From Nitrospiraceae bacterium (lineage in GTDB: Bacteria > Nitrospirota > Nitrospiria > Nitrospirales > Nitrospiraceae): 19,714 nt of DNA. Under the pieces are notes generated by a model that was given only the letters and a program-made list of their open reading frames with translations, did not search any database and was not told the DNA's origin. The position numbers were made by a program, and so were the translations under genes. Shown in pieces: positions 1 to 7,946 of this stretch; positions within the stretch are counted from its first letter, which is position 1; every line of letters starts with the position of its first letter. The stretch spans positions 1-19,714 of the forward strand of contig JBFWWG010000026.1 of assembly GCA_050246315.1 (NCBI GenBank). The letters run 5' to 3'.

Positions 1-30
1 GTCACGGGGAACAAACGCGTGCTGTCTCAT
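1..30 (-). CDS. 5' end of a gene running off the left edge (MRQHAFVPRD...), product unknown
   Basis: Minus-strand ATG at 30 preceded by a strong RBS (AAGGAGGA, reverse complement of 37-44). Only 10 codons are visible. Confidence 0.55.
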   Translation of the reverse strand, partial: MRQHAFVPRD

Positions 31-92
31 CGGAAGTCCTCCTTACGCGCCATGGCGATGCGATGCACCATCATACTCACGAAAGAGGACAT

Positions 93-130
93 GTACTGAC
101 ACCTGACAACCATCATACAGGTCTCAGTAC
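93..130. repeat. Inverted repeat in the divergent intergenic region; possible operator or hairpin
   Basis: GTACTGACACCTG (93-105) and CAGGTCTCAGTAC (118-130): 13-bp arms, 1 mismatch, 12-nt spacer. Confidence 0.55.
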
Positions 131-161
131 GATCGGAAACCACCGTTATCTTCAATGACCG

Positions 162-215
162 CTCCGTTCGTCCTGTGGCTCTCGACGGATGAACGGAGGG
201 TTTTTCGCAGCCTGC
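162..215. repeat. REP-like palindrome related to the element at 3846-4010, followed by a T-run
   Basis: CTCCGTTCGTCC (162-173) pairs with GGATGAACGGAG (187-198). It shares CCGTTCGyCCTG...TCGA...TGAACGGAGGG with 3931-3990 and is followed by TTTTTCGCAGCCTG. Confidence 0.6.
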
Positions 216-217
216 CA

Positions 218-672
218 ATGAGTCGTGTGCCGAGTGCGGTGGAAATGGCGGCGGATCTGTTGATGGTGGGGAGTCTGCCCGCTCGCCTGGCCGTGGCCGA
301 CGATCAGCCGTCGATGACAAGAGATCGAGAACATCGCGTCGTGTTCTACCTCAACTCGGCCGAGGAGCAGATACAGATGAGACTGCTCAGTAACATCACG
401 CATCTATATGAGGCTCTTGGCCCAGATTGTCTTCGGGGCGAGCTCGTCGCGCAGGGACCTGGACCGTCGTCGCTGGCGAGGAAGGGCAGCCGGTTTGCCG
501 GCGAGGTGGCGTGGCCGAAACAGCAAAACGGCGTTGAATTAACGGTCTGTTCCAGCACGATGGAAGCGCAGGGGCTCACGTGAGAAGACCTGCTCGAACA
601 GGTAGACCGGACGGTGCCGGCGATGGTGCGGCTGATCGACTTCAAGAGGAAGGACGGAGTGATCTCAACCTG
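218..672 (+). pseudogene. DsrE/DsrF-like protein with a signal-like N-terminus, disrupted by a nonsense codon and a frameshift
   Basis: HRVVFYLNS...LLSNITHL...ELVAQGPG...VELTVCSSTM is DsrE-family-like. After TGA 581-583 the same frame continues EDLLEQVDRTVPAMVRLID, then a -1 shift near 640 gives LQEEGRSDL, resembling the family's LQxxGWxY C-terminus. Start (ATG 218) is uncertain. Confidence 0.75.
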
Positions 673-673
673 C

Positions 674-729
674 GGGAAGGGAGAAATGTGGAAGGTGAAA
701 TGGAGAGTGTGGAATGAGCAATGTGCGAC
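674..729 (+). repeat. Degenerate 7-nt tandem repeat
   Basis: GGGAAGG GAGAAAT GTGGAAG GTGAAAT GGAGAGT GTGGAAT GAGCAAT GTGCGAC. Confidence 0.55.
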
Positions 730-811
730 AGTGAGCGGGGATAAACAGAACGTGCGAATGACGATTGACCGATGATCGAGGACGATCGACGGCGTACGAA
801 AGGGACCAGCC

Positions 812-1246
812 ATGGAAATTCGCAGCAAGGTCTATCACTATCACACGGAGGTACGGTGGACGGAACAGAAAAAGGGGATCGCCTCCGCCTCCGGGAAGCC
901 CGACCTGGAGGTGGCCTCGCCGCCGGAGTTCAAGGGACACCAAGGGATCTGGTCTCCTGAGGATCTCTTCGTGGCCTCGGTCAGCATCTGTTTGATGACC
1001 ACGTTCCTAGCCTTTGCCGAACGGGCGGGGCTGGGATTCATCTCCTACCGTGGAGATGCAGAAGGGACCTTGGAGCTGGTCGATGGAAAATTTCAATTTA
1101 CGACCATCACGCTTCGCCCGCAGGTGACGCTGAAATCGGGCGAAGACCGAGCCAAGGCTCGGCAGATTCTCGACAAGGCCGAGGCCGCCTGCCTGATTTC
1201 CAATTCGATGAAGTGTCGGGTCATCCTGGCTCCTGTTCTTGAGTAA
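812..1246 (+). CDS. OsmC/Ohr family protein (thiol peroxidase-like)
   Basis: 144 aa; SPPEFKGHQGIWSPEDLFVASVSICLMTTF and AEAACLISNS carry the two conserved Cys; purine-rich RBS AAAGGGA. Confidence 0.92.
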   Translation: MEIRSKVYHYHTEVRWTEQKKGIASASGKPDLEVASPPEFKGHQGIWSPEDLFVASVSICLMTTFLAFAERAGLGFISYRGDAEGTLELVDGKFQFTTITLRPQVTLKSGEDRAKARQILDKAEAACLISNSMKCRVILAPVLE

Positions 1247-1256
1247 CGTAGGCATC

Positions 1257-1306
1257 TGTAGCATCTCGCCCCAGATGACAAGGTCTTGCTGGGGACTTTA
1301 GCCGCA
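1257..1306 (+). promoter_or_regulatory. Pair of 17-bp putative enhancer (bEBP) sites for the sigma54 promoter at 1391
   Basis: TGTAGCATCTCGCCCCA (1257) and TGGGGACTTTAGCCGCA (1290), 33 bp apart. Each is 12/17 identical to its counterpart at 11752/11785. Confidence 0.6.
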
Positions 1307-1340
1307 ACTGTGGCCGGTTATTTTCCGCTCACACCCTTAG

Positions 1341-1353
1341 AATCAACCACTTG
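1341..1353 (+). promoter_or_regulatory. IHF binding site
   Basis: AATCAACCACTTG matches WATCAANNNNTTR exactly and lies between the enhancer pair and the -24/-12 element. Confidence 0.6.
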
Positions 1354-1390
1354 GCGGTTGTCTCGGAACGAGATCACTCCGATGCGCAAT

Positions 1391-1406
1391 TGGCACAATC
1401 ATCGCA
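1391..1406 (+). promoter_or_regulatory. sigma54 -24/-12 promoter
   Basis: TGGCACAATCATCGCA: TGGCAC with GG-N10-GC spacing, upstream of the PepSY-cytochrome operon. Confidence 0.75.
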
Positions 1407-1598
1407 CTGAGCCTCTTGGATGAATGACCGGGGCGACTCATCTCGATGCAGTCCCACAATAAGCAGCCAGTTCAACCAAGGGTTCGCAGGAAGGGAGGTA
1501 AAGAGAATTACTCGCGGTGTTTCTCCGGCGGCATCAATGAAGAGGGGCTTTGCCCGATGAGCCGCCGGTTCAACCAACGGTCGGTATGGAGGGAAACC

Positions 1599-1961
1599 AT
1601 GAGACAGATTGCGATGGCGGCGGCAATGGTGGCGGGCCTGGTGTTGGCGATGGGCGGTACGGCGTTCGCGGACAAGAAAGGTGAGAAGGGAGGCAAGCAG
1701 AAGAGCAAGATCGAAATGGCGGAGACGGCCAAGGTCACGATCGATCAGGCGGTCAAGACGGCATCCGAGAAAGTCCCCGGTAAGGTCATCGAGGCCGAAC
1801 TTGAGAAGAAGCACGGCAAGACGGTCTGGGAAGTCGAGATCATGACGGACGACAAGATGATCAAGGAAATCCACATCGATGCGGATTCCGGCGAAGTGAT
1901 CGACGTCGAGGATAAAGGCAAGGGCAAGGGGAAAGGACACAAGGAAGAGGGCAAGCACTGA
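1599..1961 (+). CDS. Secreted PepSY-domain protein
   Basis: 120 aa from ATG 1599 (RBS GGAGGGA); signal peptide ending AFA; VTIDQAVKTA...GKVIEAELE...VWEVEI...EIHIDADSGEVI is a PepSY repeat; Lys/Gly-rich flanks. Confidence 0.88.
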   Translation: MRQIAMAAAMVAGLVLAMGGTAFADKKGEKGGKQKSKIEMAETAKVTIDQAVKTASEKVPGKVIEAELEKKHGKTVWEVEIMTDDKMIKEIHIDADSGEVIDVEDKGKGKGKGHKEEGKH

Positions 1962-1984
1962 ACCATGAGGAAGGAGATAAGTTT

Positions 1985-2332
1985 ATGACGGTGGTGTCGT
2001 GGATGGTTGCCATCGTGCTGCTGATGTCTGGGTTGCCCGGATTGGCTCGAGCGGCCGGAACCGGCGATGCGGCAAAGGGCAAACTGCTGTTCGACAAGCA
2101 CTGTCTGGTCTGTCATGGGCCGCGAGGGAAAGGCGATGGACCGACCGGACGGGCATTGATTCCGCCGGCATCCGATTTCACGGCGGACGCAAGTCGGAAG
2201 AAAAGCTCGACCGAGCTGCGCCGGATCATCGAACAGGGCAGCCCACGCACGGCGATGCCCGCTTGGAAAGGTCAGTTGTCCGAGGAGCAACTGAGTGATG
2301 TCGCGGGCTATGTGGAAACGTTAAGAAAGTGA
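1985..2332 (+). CDS. Periplasmic monoheme class I cytochrome c
   Basis: Signal peptide (ARA), GDAAKGKLLFDKHCLVCHG, distal Met in TAMPAW; RBS AAGGAG. Confidence 0.92.
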   Translation: MTVVSWMVAIVLLMSGLPGLARAAGTGDAAKGKLLFDKHCLVCHGPRGKGDGPTGRALIPPASDFTADASRKKSSTELRRIIEQGSPRTAMPAWKGQLSEEQLSDVAGYVETLRK

Positions 2333-2341
2333 GGTGTCTCG

Positions 2342-2812
2342 TTGCGGCGGCTCTGCGTGGCGGCCATTCTGTTATGGATTGCGGGAATCGGTCTGTTCGC
2401 CTGGTTGTTTGTCCGGGGCGTGACCGCATCGACCAGTGACGGAAGGACTGAAGTGCTCCTCGCTCCGGCCGAGCGGGACCAGATTCTGGCCGAGATGCGG
2501 CAGTTGCTTCAGGCGATCGACGGTATCCTCGATGGCATGGCGGAGCCGGATCGGACGGAGGGTGCACAGCGAATCGCCGCAGCCGCCCGTGCCGCAGGGA
2601 TGGGCATGGCGGCAGACGTGAATCCCATCCTGATGGCGAAGCTTCCGCTTCCGTTCAAGCAGATGGGCATGTCGGTTCATCGAGACTTCGACGGGATTGC
2701 GGCACGAGCTGCACAGGGAGCTCCAGGTGACGCGATTGTACGGGACCTTGCCGGTATCACGAAGCGCTGCACGACGTGCCATGGACTCTATCGGCTGACT
2801 GCAGCGAGGTAG
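2342..2812 (+). CDS. Membrane-anchored class II (c'-like, helical bundle) cytochrome c
   Basis: TTG start after GAGGTG; N-terminal hydrophobic helix; amphipathic helices; single C-terminal CTTCH. Confidence 0.82.
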   Translation: MRRLCVAAILLWIAGIGLFAWLFVRGVTASTSDGRTEVLLAPAERDQILAEMRQLLQAIDGILDGMAEPDRTEGAQRIAAAARAAGMGMAADVNPILMAKLPLPFKQMGMSVHRDFDGIAARAAQGAPGDAIVRDLAGITKRCTTCHGLYRLTAAR

Positions 2813-2820
2813 GTGGGAGC

Positions 2821-2869
2821 GAGGGTTGTGAAGTCTGAAATGGCGAAGGTGAAGCGGAGAATGCGGATG
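2821..2869 (+). repeat. Degenerate 7-nt tandem repeat
   Basis: GAGGGTT GTGAAGT CTGAAAT GGCGAAG GTGAAGC GGAGAAT GCGGATG; same character as 674-729. Confidence 0.5.
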
Positions 2870-3005
2870 ACGTGAACCCTTTCCCGGGCGCGACACTCAA
2901 ACGAATCAGCAACCACGGGCTGGGGCTCGACGGATGTGATGTCGCGGGACCGATCGTGTTCCCCGCCAGGCGAATCGAAGGTTGGTGCAGAAGGGGGGTA
3001 TTGCC

Positions 3006-3221
3006 ATGGCCTGTAACGTCGGAGGAATCGAGAGACCGATTCGAATGGTATTGGGGCTGGCGTTCATCGCGCTTGGTGCGCTTGCGGATCTCCCCGCGGC
3101 GGGAATGTGGACCAGTTATGCGGTCGGAGCTATCGCGTTGATCACAGGGGCGGTCGGCTTCTGCCCCGCATGGAGCCTGTTAGGGATCAACACCTGCCCC
3201 GCGCAACCCAAAACCAAATGA
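3006..3221 (+). CDS. DUF2892 (YgaP-like) small membrane protein
   Basis: 71 aa; CNVGGIERPIRMVLG...GFCPAWSLLGINTC is the family signature; two TM helices; RBS AAGGGGG. Confidence 0.9.
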   Translation: MACNVGGIERPIRMVLGLAFIALGALADLPAAGMWTSYAVGAIALITGAVGFCPAWSLLGINTCPAQPKTK

Positions 3222-3624
3222 CGAGTCGTGGGGGTTGAGGGCATCGCCTGCCTGCCCGGCTCCTTCGCTGAGCCCGAGGGGGCATTGACCCCGATACGAA
3301 ATGCGACGCAGCGAGCTGATGCCCGTGCAGAGTTCTGCGTCCGGTCTCGATGGTGAGATCTGACATCGCAGCCAGGTGCGCTCGCCAGCGGTGGTCGGAC
3401 GCTCGTCGTCCCTGCCGACACAATCGTCACGGTCGAGTTAGGATACCAAAAGGGTGAACGGGTCGATCGTTAAAGTCTGGACCTGCCCCGGCATCTAGTT
3501 TTGGCTGACGGCGGCTCTCATGTCTCTATCGTGATCGATCCGGCTCTGGCAGGGGAGGAGCGTCCGTTCCAGCCATGCTCGTCCACACTCTCATATGGAA
3601 AAGTCACGGCATGATCCTGCAACC

Positions 3625-4044
3625 TCCAGCGTTCGGAGTCGGTTACTGGCGGAGAGATGGGCGAATTGACGAGCGGATTCATCAAGGACGCCGATCGAAT
3701 CACTTGGAGACCTCCGGGTCGTTCGTGACTTCCTTTCTCGGCCCGAGGAACTGGTCTTTCAAGACGAAGGCGTCAAAGGCACCATTGCGTTGCGCAAGAG
3801 AATCGTCGAGTTCTTCAAGGGTGCGGCGCGAGAACGGCACGCGCAGTACTGGATATCATTTCAAAACCTCATGACCGCGCTTTGACAAGCTCAGCACGAA
3901 GGGAGGAATATCCTGTTTCCATGAACAGATCCGTTCGCCCTGAGCCGGTCGAAGCCTGTGGTGAGTGCATCGAATCGGGTGAACGGAGGGCTTGAAATGA
4001 CTTCTAGTACATGATCCAGCGGCTGTTCGATGCCTGGCGCATCA
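3625..4044 (+). pseudogene. Decayed BrnT-family toxin C-terminus plus CopG/BrnA-type antitoxin, interrupted by a MITE
   Basis: FGVGYWRRDGRIDE resembles the toxin end (IFGAGYWRKG...). Then ACG (lost ATG) SGFIKDAD, a frameshift, and ESLGDLRVVRDFLSRPEELVFQDEGVKGTIALRKRIVEFFKGAARERHAQY. After the insertion it resumes as MIQRLFDA at 4011. Family assignment is from recalled consensus, not a search. Confidence 0.7.
3846..4010. mobile_element. 165-bp non-autonomous MITE/REP-like element
   Basis: 25-bp terminal inverted repeats (3846-3870, 3986-4010; 20/25 match). Internal TTTGACAAGCTCAGCACGAAGGG / CCGTTCGCCCTGAGCCGGTCGAAG palindromic pair. AGTAC is present at both junctions. It splits an otherwise colinear antitoxin reading frame. 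Confidence 0.7.
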
Positions 4045-4394
4045 TTCGTGATCTCTCACCTCAGGCTCAACTCGGGCGCGCCTAAAACTGAGGCGCTCCG
4101 ATTCGTGCTTAGTTCGTCGGAGAGGTCAGGTTGGACCGAGAGTGGCCCTTCCGGTATTGTCGCGTTCCTGCCTCGGTGTCCCCCGGTTCATCATGCGGAG
4201 GGTTCCGCTACCCGAGGGTCAGCTTCACGATCTCACGAGCGATAGGTGGGCCTGAAGCGGCGATCGGACGAAGGGTTGAAGATTTTTGTGAATCCTTTCT
4301 GCGCTGAAGGACTCTCATCTCGAAGCGGACGGTCTCGTTCCACAGCCGTTCGCGACCGCACCATCACTTTACTCATAATCTTAAGGAGGCCGTC

Positions 4395-4916
4395 ATGAGA
4401 GCAGGTACGCAGGGACTGGCATGGGTCGGGGCGTTCGCAGTGCTGGCATGGGGAGGGCTGGCCATGCCGGCCATGGGAGCCGAACCTTCGTCGCCGGCCG
4501 CAGGCTATGATATTCATGTGCAGGCGCCGCATATGATGCCGGACGGTACGCCGGGCGGCCCCTACCACCATTATTGCAAAGGAATCTCCGACCAGATTCT
4601 CCAATGTCTCCTCTTCGAATCAACCGATCCCAAGGCCAAACTGGTCGCCGTCGAATACTTTGTGGCCAAGGATCTGACCCGCAAGCTTTCCCCGATCCAA
4701 TGGCATCGGTACTTCCATGACCACAAGGTCGAAATTGCCACCGGCCGCGTGCAGGTGTTGGATATGCCGGAGGATCAAGCCAAGGCCGTGGCCGAAGCGG
4801 CCTCGAAGACCGACGGCGTCATCTACCATCTCTGGCAACAGGGGCAGGAGTTTCCCGATGGAACGGTGACATTCCCCCAGTCGTTGGGACATAAGTTCCC
4901 CGGACATGCTGAATAA
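4395..4916 (+). CDS. Secreted DUF1264 / OBAP-family protein
   Basis: 173 aa; signal peptide; HHYCK...LQCLLFESTDPKAKLVAVEYFV...HDHKVEI...YHLWQ; RBS AAGGAGG. Confidence 0.85.
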   Translation: MRAGTQGLAWVGAFAVLAWGGLAMPAMGAEPSSPAAGYDIHVQAPHMMPDGTPGGPYHHYCKGISDQILQCLLFESTDPKAKLVAVEYFVAKDLTRKLSPIQWHRYFHDHKVEIATGRVQVLDMPEDQAKAVAEAASKTDGVIYHLWQQGQEFPDGTVTFPQSLGHKFPGHAE

Positions 4917-4979
4917 GGGTGATCGATCGGCTGAACAGCAGATTCGACCTGGTTGAACCGTTCAGCCACCGATAGCCAA

Positions 4980-5005
4980 GAGGGCCCGGCCTGTGCCGGG
5001 CCCTC
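4980..5005. terminator. Perfect GC-rich hairpin (possible terminator or mRNA stabiliser)
   Basis: GAGGGCCCGGC-CTGT-GCCGGGCCCTC: 11-bp stem. No U-tract, so termination is uncertain. Confidence 0.4.
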
Positions 5006-5032
5006 CCCATGTGGTCCTGCGAGCAAAACAGC

Positions 5033-5506
5033 ATGAGGCATCGAAGACGCGCTTCCATTTGGAGAGTTCCGGTTCTGCTCTGCTGCTCCCTGGCGGGAGT
5101 CGGATTCGGACTGTCGTCGGCCTGGCCTGCCGACGAGGTAGTGCTCAGGCCTCGCGTTCCTCTCGATCAGATCGAGGAAGCCCGGACCTGGGTCAATCCC
5201 CTGGCTGCCACACCGGACAACCTCGATAAGGGGAAGGCTCTCTTTCACGGCAAGGCCTTCTGCGTCACCTGTCACGGTAGGGACGGCACAGGACTGGGCG
5301 ACATCCCGGGACTGCGCGGGAAGCTGCCGAGAAACTTTACGGACCAGGCCTGGCAGAGAGCCAGAACCGACGGTGAACTGTTCTGGATTCTCAGGAATGG
5401 AAGTCCAGGCACCGATATGGCACCATTCATCCCACTCGTGCTGACGGAAGAGGAGGCCTGGCAGGTACTCCTCTATGTCCGTTCATTCGGACGCCCCTCA
5501 GACTGA
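5033..5506 (+). CDS. Periplasmic monoheme cytochrome c
   Basis: Signal peptide, GKAFCVTCHG, PRNF, GELFWILRNGSPGTDM (distal Met). Start is ATG 5033 or 5009. Confidence 0.9.
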   Translation: MRHRRRASIWRVPVLLCCSLAGVGFGLSSAWPADEVVLRPRVPLDQIEEARTWVNPLAATPDNLDKGKALFHGKAFCVTCHGRDGTGLGDIPGLRGKLPRNFTDQAWQRARTDGELFWILRNGSPGTDMAPFIPLVLTEEEAWQVLLYVRSFGRPSD

Positions 5507-5590
5507 CCTGAGCCGCATCACCTGGACGCGAGGCAACGTTTGCGCAGCGTTTCAGGCAAGGCCCGGACCTCACTTGAGGGGAGGCTGGCC

Positions 5591-5908
5591 ATGCAGTCCG
5601 AGCAATATGGCGCAACACGCTCGTCGAAAGCGTTTGCACCAATGCCCGCCGGTGTACTCAGCACAGGCACCTTGCCGGAGGCCGAAGTCATCTGGTTTTC
5701 TGCGGCGGACACGTATGAAATCTGGCTGACCGATCAGACCGACATCGGGAATGCGAATGACGGATATTTCTACTCTTATGAGGGCGCACACCTTGCGCGC
5801 CATCCCGGTTCGGCCAAGCCCGCTGCGACCTACGACCTCTTCGGAGAGATCAACGCCTGCTGCGAGGAAGCGACAAAGACACTGCTTCGCCGAGCTCCGA
5901 GGTTTTGA
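5591..5908 (+). CDS. Hypothetical protein
   Basis: 105 aa; strong RBS GAGGGAGG before ATG 5591; protein-like composition; no recognised motif. Confidence 0.6.
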   Translation: MQSEQYGATRSSKAFAPMPAGVLSTGTLPEAEVIWFSAADTYEIWLTDQTDIGNANDGYFYSYEGAHLARHPGSAKPAATYDLFGEINACCEEATKTLLRRAPRF

Positions 5909-6138
5909 CAGGGCTGCTGCCTCACATTCCCACATTCCTCCTGAGCGCTTCCTCTGGGGATGGGAGGTTGGAGGTAAGCTCCCTGTCCGTCGTCCTTCGA
6001 TCGTCGTCTGTGGCGCTGCAGGGGCCGGCGGGTACCAGGGCGGCTCAAGCGAAGTTTGGGGTGGCGGCCGGTTTTATTGAAGTGAATCGCGCCGGAACCG
6101 CTTGCCCGTCTCTCCTTTCCCGTCGCGACCGTCCGGTC

Positions 6139-7164
6139 ATGAGGTGCGCATGGACAAGGACGGTCCGGTGGGGCGTCATTGGTCGTCTGATCCTGCTGTC
6201 CCTCGCTGTTGACAACGCCTGGCCCGCATTGATCCGGGCCGAGTGGTCGCTGAACGCCGGGCAAAAGGTCAGTTATACGACCGACGCGTTTCAATTCTCC
6301 TCTTCCCGGCGTCTCGCCCTCAGCGAAGATCCGACACAACCCACCATCGTGCCGCTGGAGAAACCGCAAGACGTGATCTGGGAGCCGATGGTGGAGGCGG
6401 TCCGGACTTCCTCGAATCGGCTGGGCGCCAACGAGTTGTCATTCAAAGCGAGAGGCTTCATTTTTACGGATAAACCGATTTTCAATAATGGAGAATACCG
6501 TATCCAAGATCTCCAGCAGCTCAACGATTCGACGTCGCTCCTGCTCCGCTACCGCTACGTGCCGAACCTGTTCTTAGGTCCCAACTACGAACGCCGTTCC
6601 GGCGAACGAACGATTCAAGAAGAGCGGGTCACCTCCCACCGGTGGCGAATGGAATTGGAGCATCGGCTGACCGAGCGATGGACCGCGACCGCAATCGGCC
6701 GCTTCGGGCTGCGCTACTATAACGAGGCGTTCGCCGAGCGAGACACGTTTTTCTATGCGGTCGGGCCGCAGGTGAGTTACCAGGTCGTCCCATGGACAAC
6801 CCTGACCCTGGGGTATCTCTATGAGCGAGGCTTGGCGGACGGGCGCAACGAGCCGCAATTCCAGGACGACGTCTCCTATTACCTGAACATGCTTTCGGCC
6901 GGGGCGGAGATCCGCCTCCTCCCCAAGGTCACGCTGAGCCTCATGTATCTGTATCTCCGCAAGGACTTCACCAGCGGTATTGCAGGGGACCCTCATGTCG
7001 GCCGTATCGATCAGACTCACCAGGGTTGGATCGAACTGAGCTATCAACTCACCATCCGAGCGACGCTCACGGCCGGTTTCCAACGGACCCAGCGGACCTC
7101 GACCAATATCGACAGGAACTTCCAAGATTCGATTTTTTCGGTTGGCGTGCTGTATCAATTCTAG
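6139..7164 (+). CDS. Outer-membrane beta-barrel protein
   Basis: About 341 aa from ATG 6139; signal peptide; many alternating amphipathic strands rich in Tyr/Arg; C-terminal SVGVLYQF beta-signal. The ORF-track start at 5905 is probably too long. Confidence 0.85.
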   Translation: MRCAWTRTVRWGVIGRLILLSLAVDNAWPALIRAEWSLNAGQKVSYTTDAFQFSSSRRLALSEDPTQPTIVPLEKPQDVIWEPMVEAVRTSSNRLGANELSFKARGFIFTDKPIFNNGEYRIQDLQQLNDSTSLLLRYRYVPNLFLGPNYERRSGERTIQEERVTSHRWRMELEHRLTERWTATAIGRFGLRYYNEAFAERDTFFYAVGPQVSYQVVPWTTLTLGYLYERGLADGRNEPQFQDDVSYYLNMLSAGAEIRLLPKVTLSLMYLYLRKDFTSGIAGDPHVGRIDQTHQGWIELSYQLTIRATLTAGFQRTQRTSTNIDRNFQDSIFSVGVLYQF

Positions 7165-7204
7165 TCGTTCATGTGACATGCGAAGGGAGGATCTGACCCG
7201 CCGC

Positions 7205-7254
7205 TGTGGCATAGAGCGACAGGGAGACCATGCCGTCTGTCGCGTTTGTCTTCA
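7205..7254 (+). promoter_or_regulatory. Pair of 17-bp putative enhancer sites for the sigma54 promoter at 7336
   Basis: TGTGGCATAGAGCGACA (7205) and TGTCGCGTTTGTCTTCA (7238), 33 bp apart; the second is 98 bp upstream of the promoter. Confidence 0.6.
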
Positions 7255-7335
7255 AGTGTGTGGCGACTGAAGGCGTATTTCCTCAAGAATCTGCCCTGTC
7301 ACATCACATCCGGCAGAGAACAGGGCCCTCACGCA

Positions 7336-7351
7336 TGGCATACCTATCGCA
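7336..7351 (+). promoter_or_regulatory. sigma54 -24/-12 promoter
   Basis: TGGCATACCTATCGCA, GG-N10-GC; same ATCGCA -12 as 1391; upstream of the osmC-cytochrome-sorA-like operon. Confidence 0.7.
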
Positions 7352-7470
7352 AGGAGGTTACTTGTGCCGGGCCCGATCGAGCGTCCGCCTTGTGCCATGC
7401 GTCAACGACGCGATGGAAGTCGGAGGTGAAAGAGCACACAAGGTGCGCCTCGGAGAGAACTGGAGGCGAT

Positions 7471-7881
7471 ATGAATCTCACGGTCAGCTATCGCGGAGGC
7501 ACGAAGTTCCACATTCACAGCAATGCACACATGGTCGTGACCGACCAACCGCGCGATGACGGCGGCACCGATGCCGGAATGAGCCCGGTGGAGCTGTTTA
7601 TCGGATCGCTCGCCAGTTGCGTCGCCTATTTTGTTGCGCGGTATTGCGCCCGTCACAATATCGAGTCCGAAGGGTTGGTGTTGGACGTGGAGTATGAGAT
7701 GGCGGAGCAGCCGCATCGAGTCGGAAACGTAGCCGTGAGAATCCATGTGCCGACTTCCATGAATCCTTCCCAGGAAGAGAGGCTCTTACGGGTGGCCCAG
7801 GCCTGTACCGTGCACCAATCTCTGGTCATTCCGCCTACGACGAGTATCAGTCTGGTCGCAAAGGATCGCACGGCGGCGTAA
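7471..7881 (+). CDS. OsmC family protein (YhfA-like subgroup)
   Basis: 136 aa from ATG 7471 (RBS GGAGG); TDQPRDDGGTDAGMSPVELFIGSLASC and ACTVHQSL carry the two Cys. Confidence 0.9.
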   Translation: MNLTVSYRGGTKFHIHSNAHMVVTDQPRDDGGTDAGMSPVELFIGSLASCVAYFVARYCARHNIESEGLVLDVEYEMAEQPHRVGNVAVRIHVPTSMNPSQEERLLRVAQACTVHQSLVIPPTTSISLVAKDRTAA

Positions 7882-7946
7882 AGCGGCCTGGTCGTCGACA
7901 GACACAATAGATGAGCAGCCGAATCCACAAAGGGAGGACGAGCGTG

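Noticed and set aside
581..583. Selenocysteine readthrough of the in-frame TGA in the DsrE-like gene
   Set aside because: The TGA is not at the conserved Cys position (VC lies upstream), and a frameshift follows about 57 nt later, so decay is the simpler explanation.
3292..3308. Single enhancer-like site (reverse CGTCGCATTTCGTATCG)
   Set aside because: No partner at 33 bp and no correctly spaced -24/-12 element nearby.
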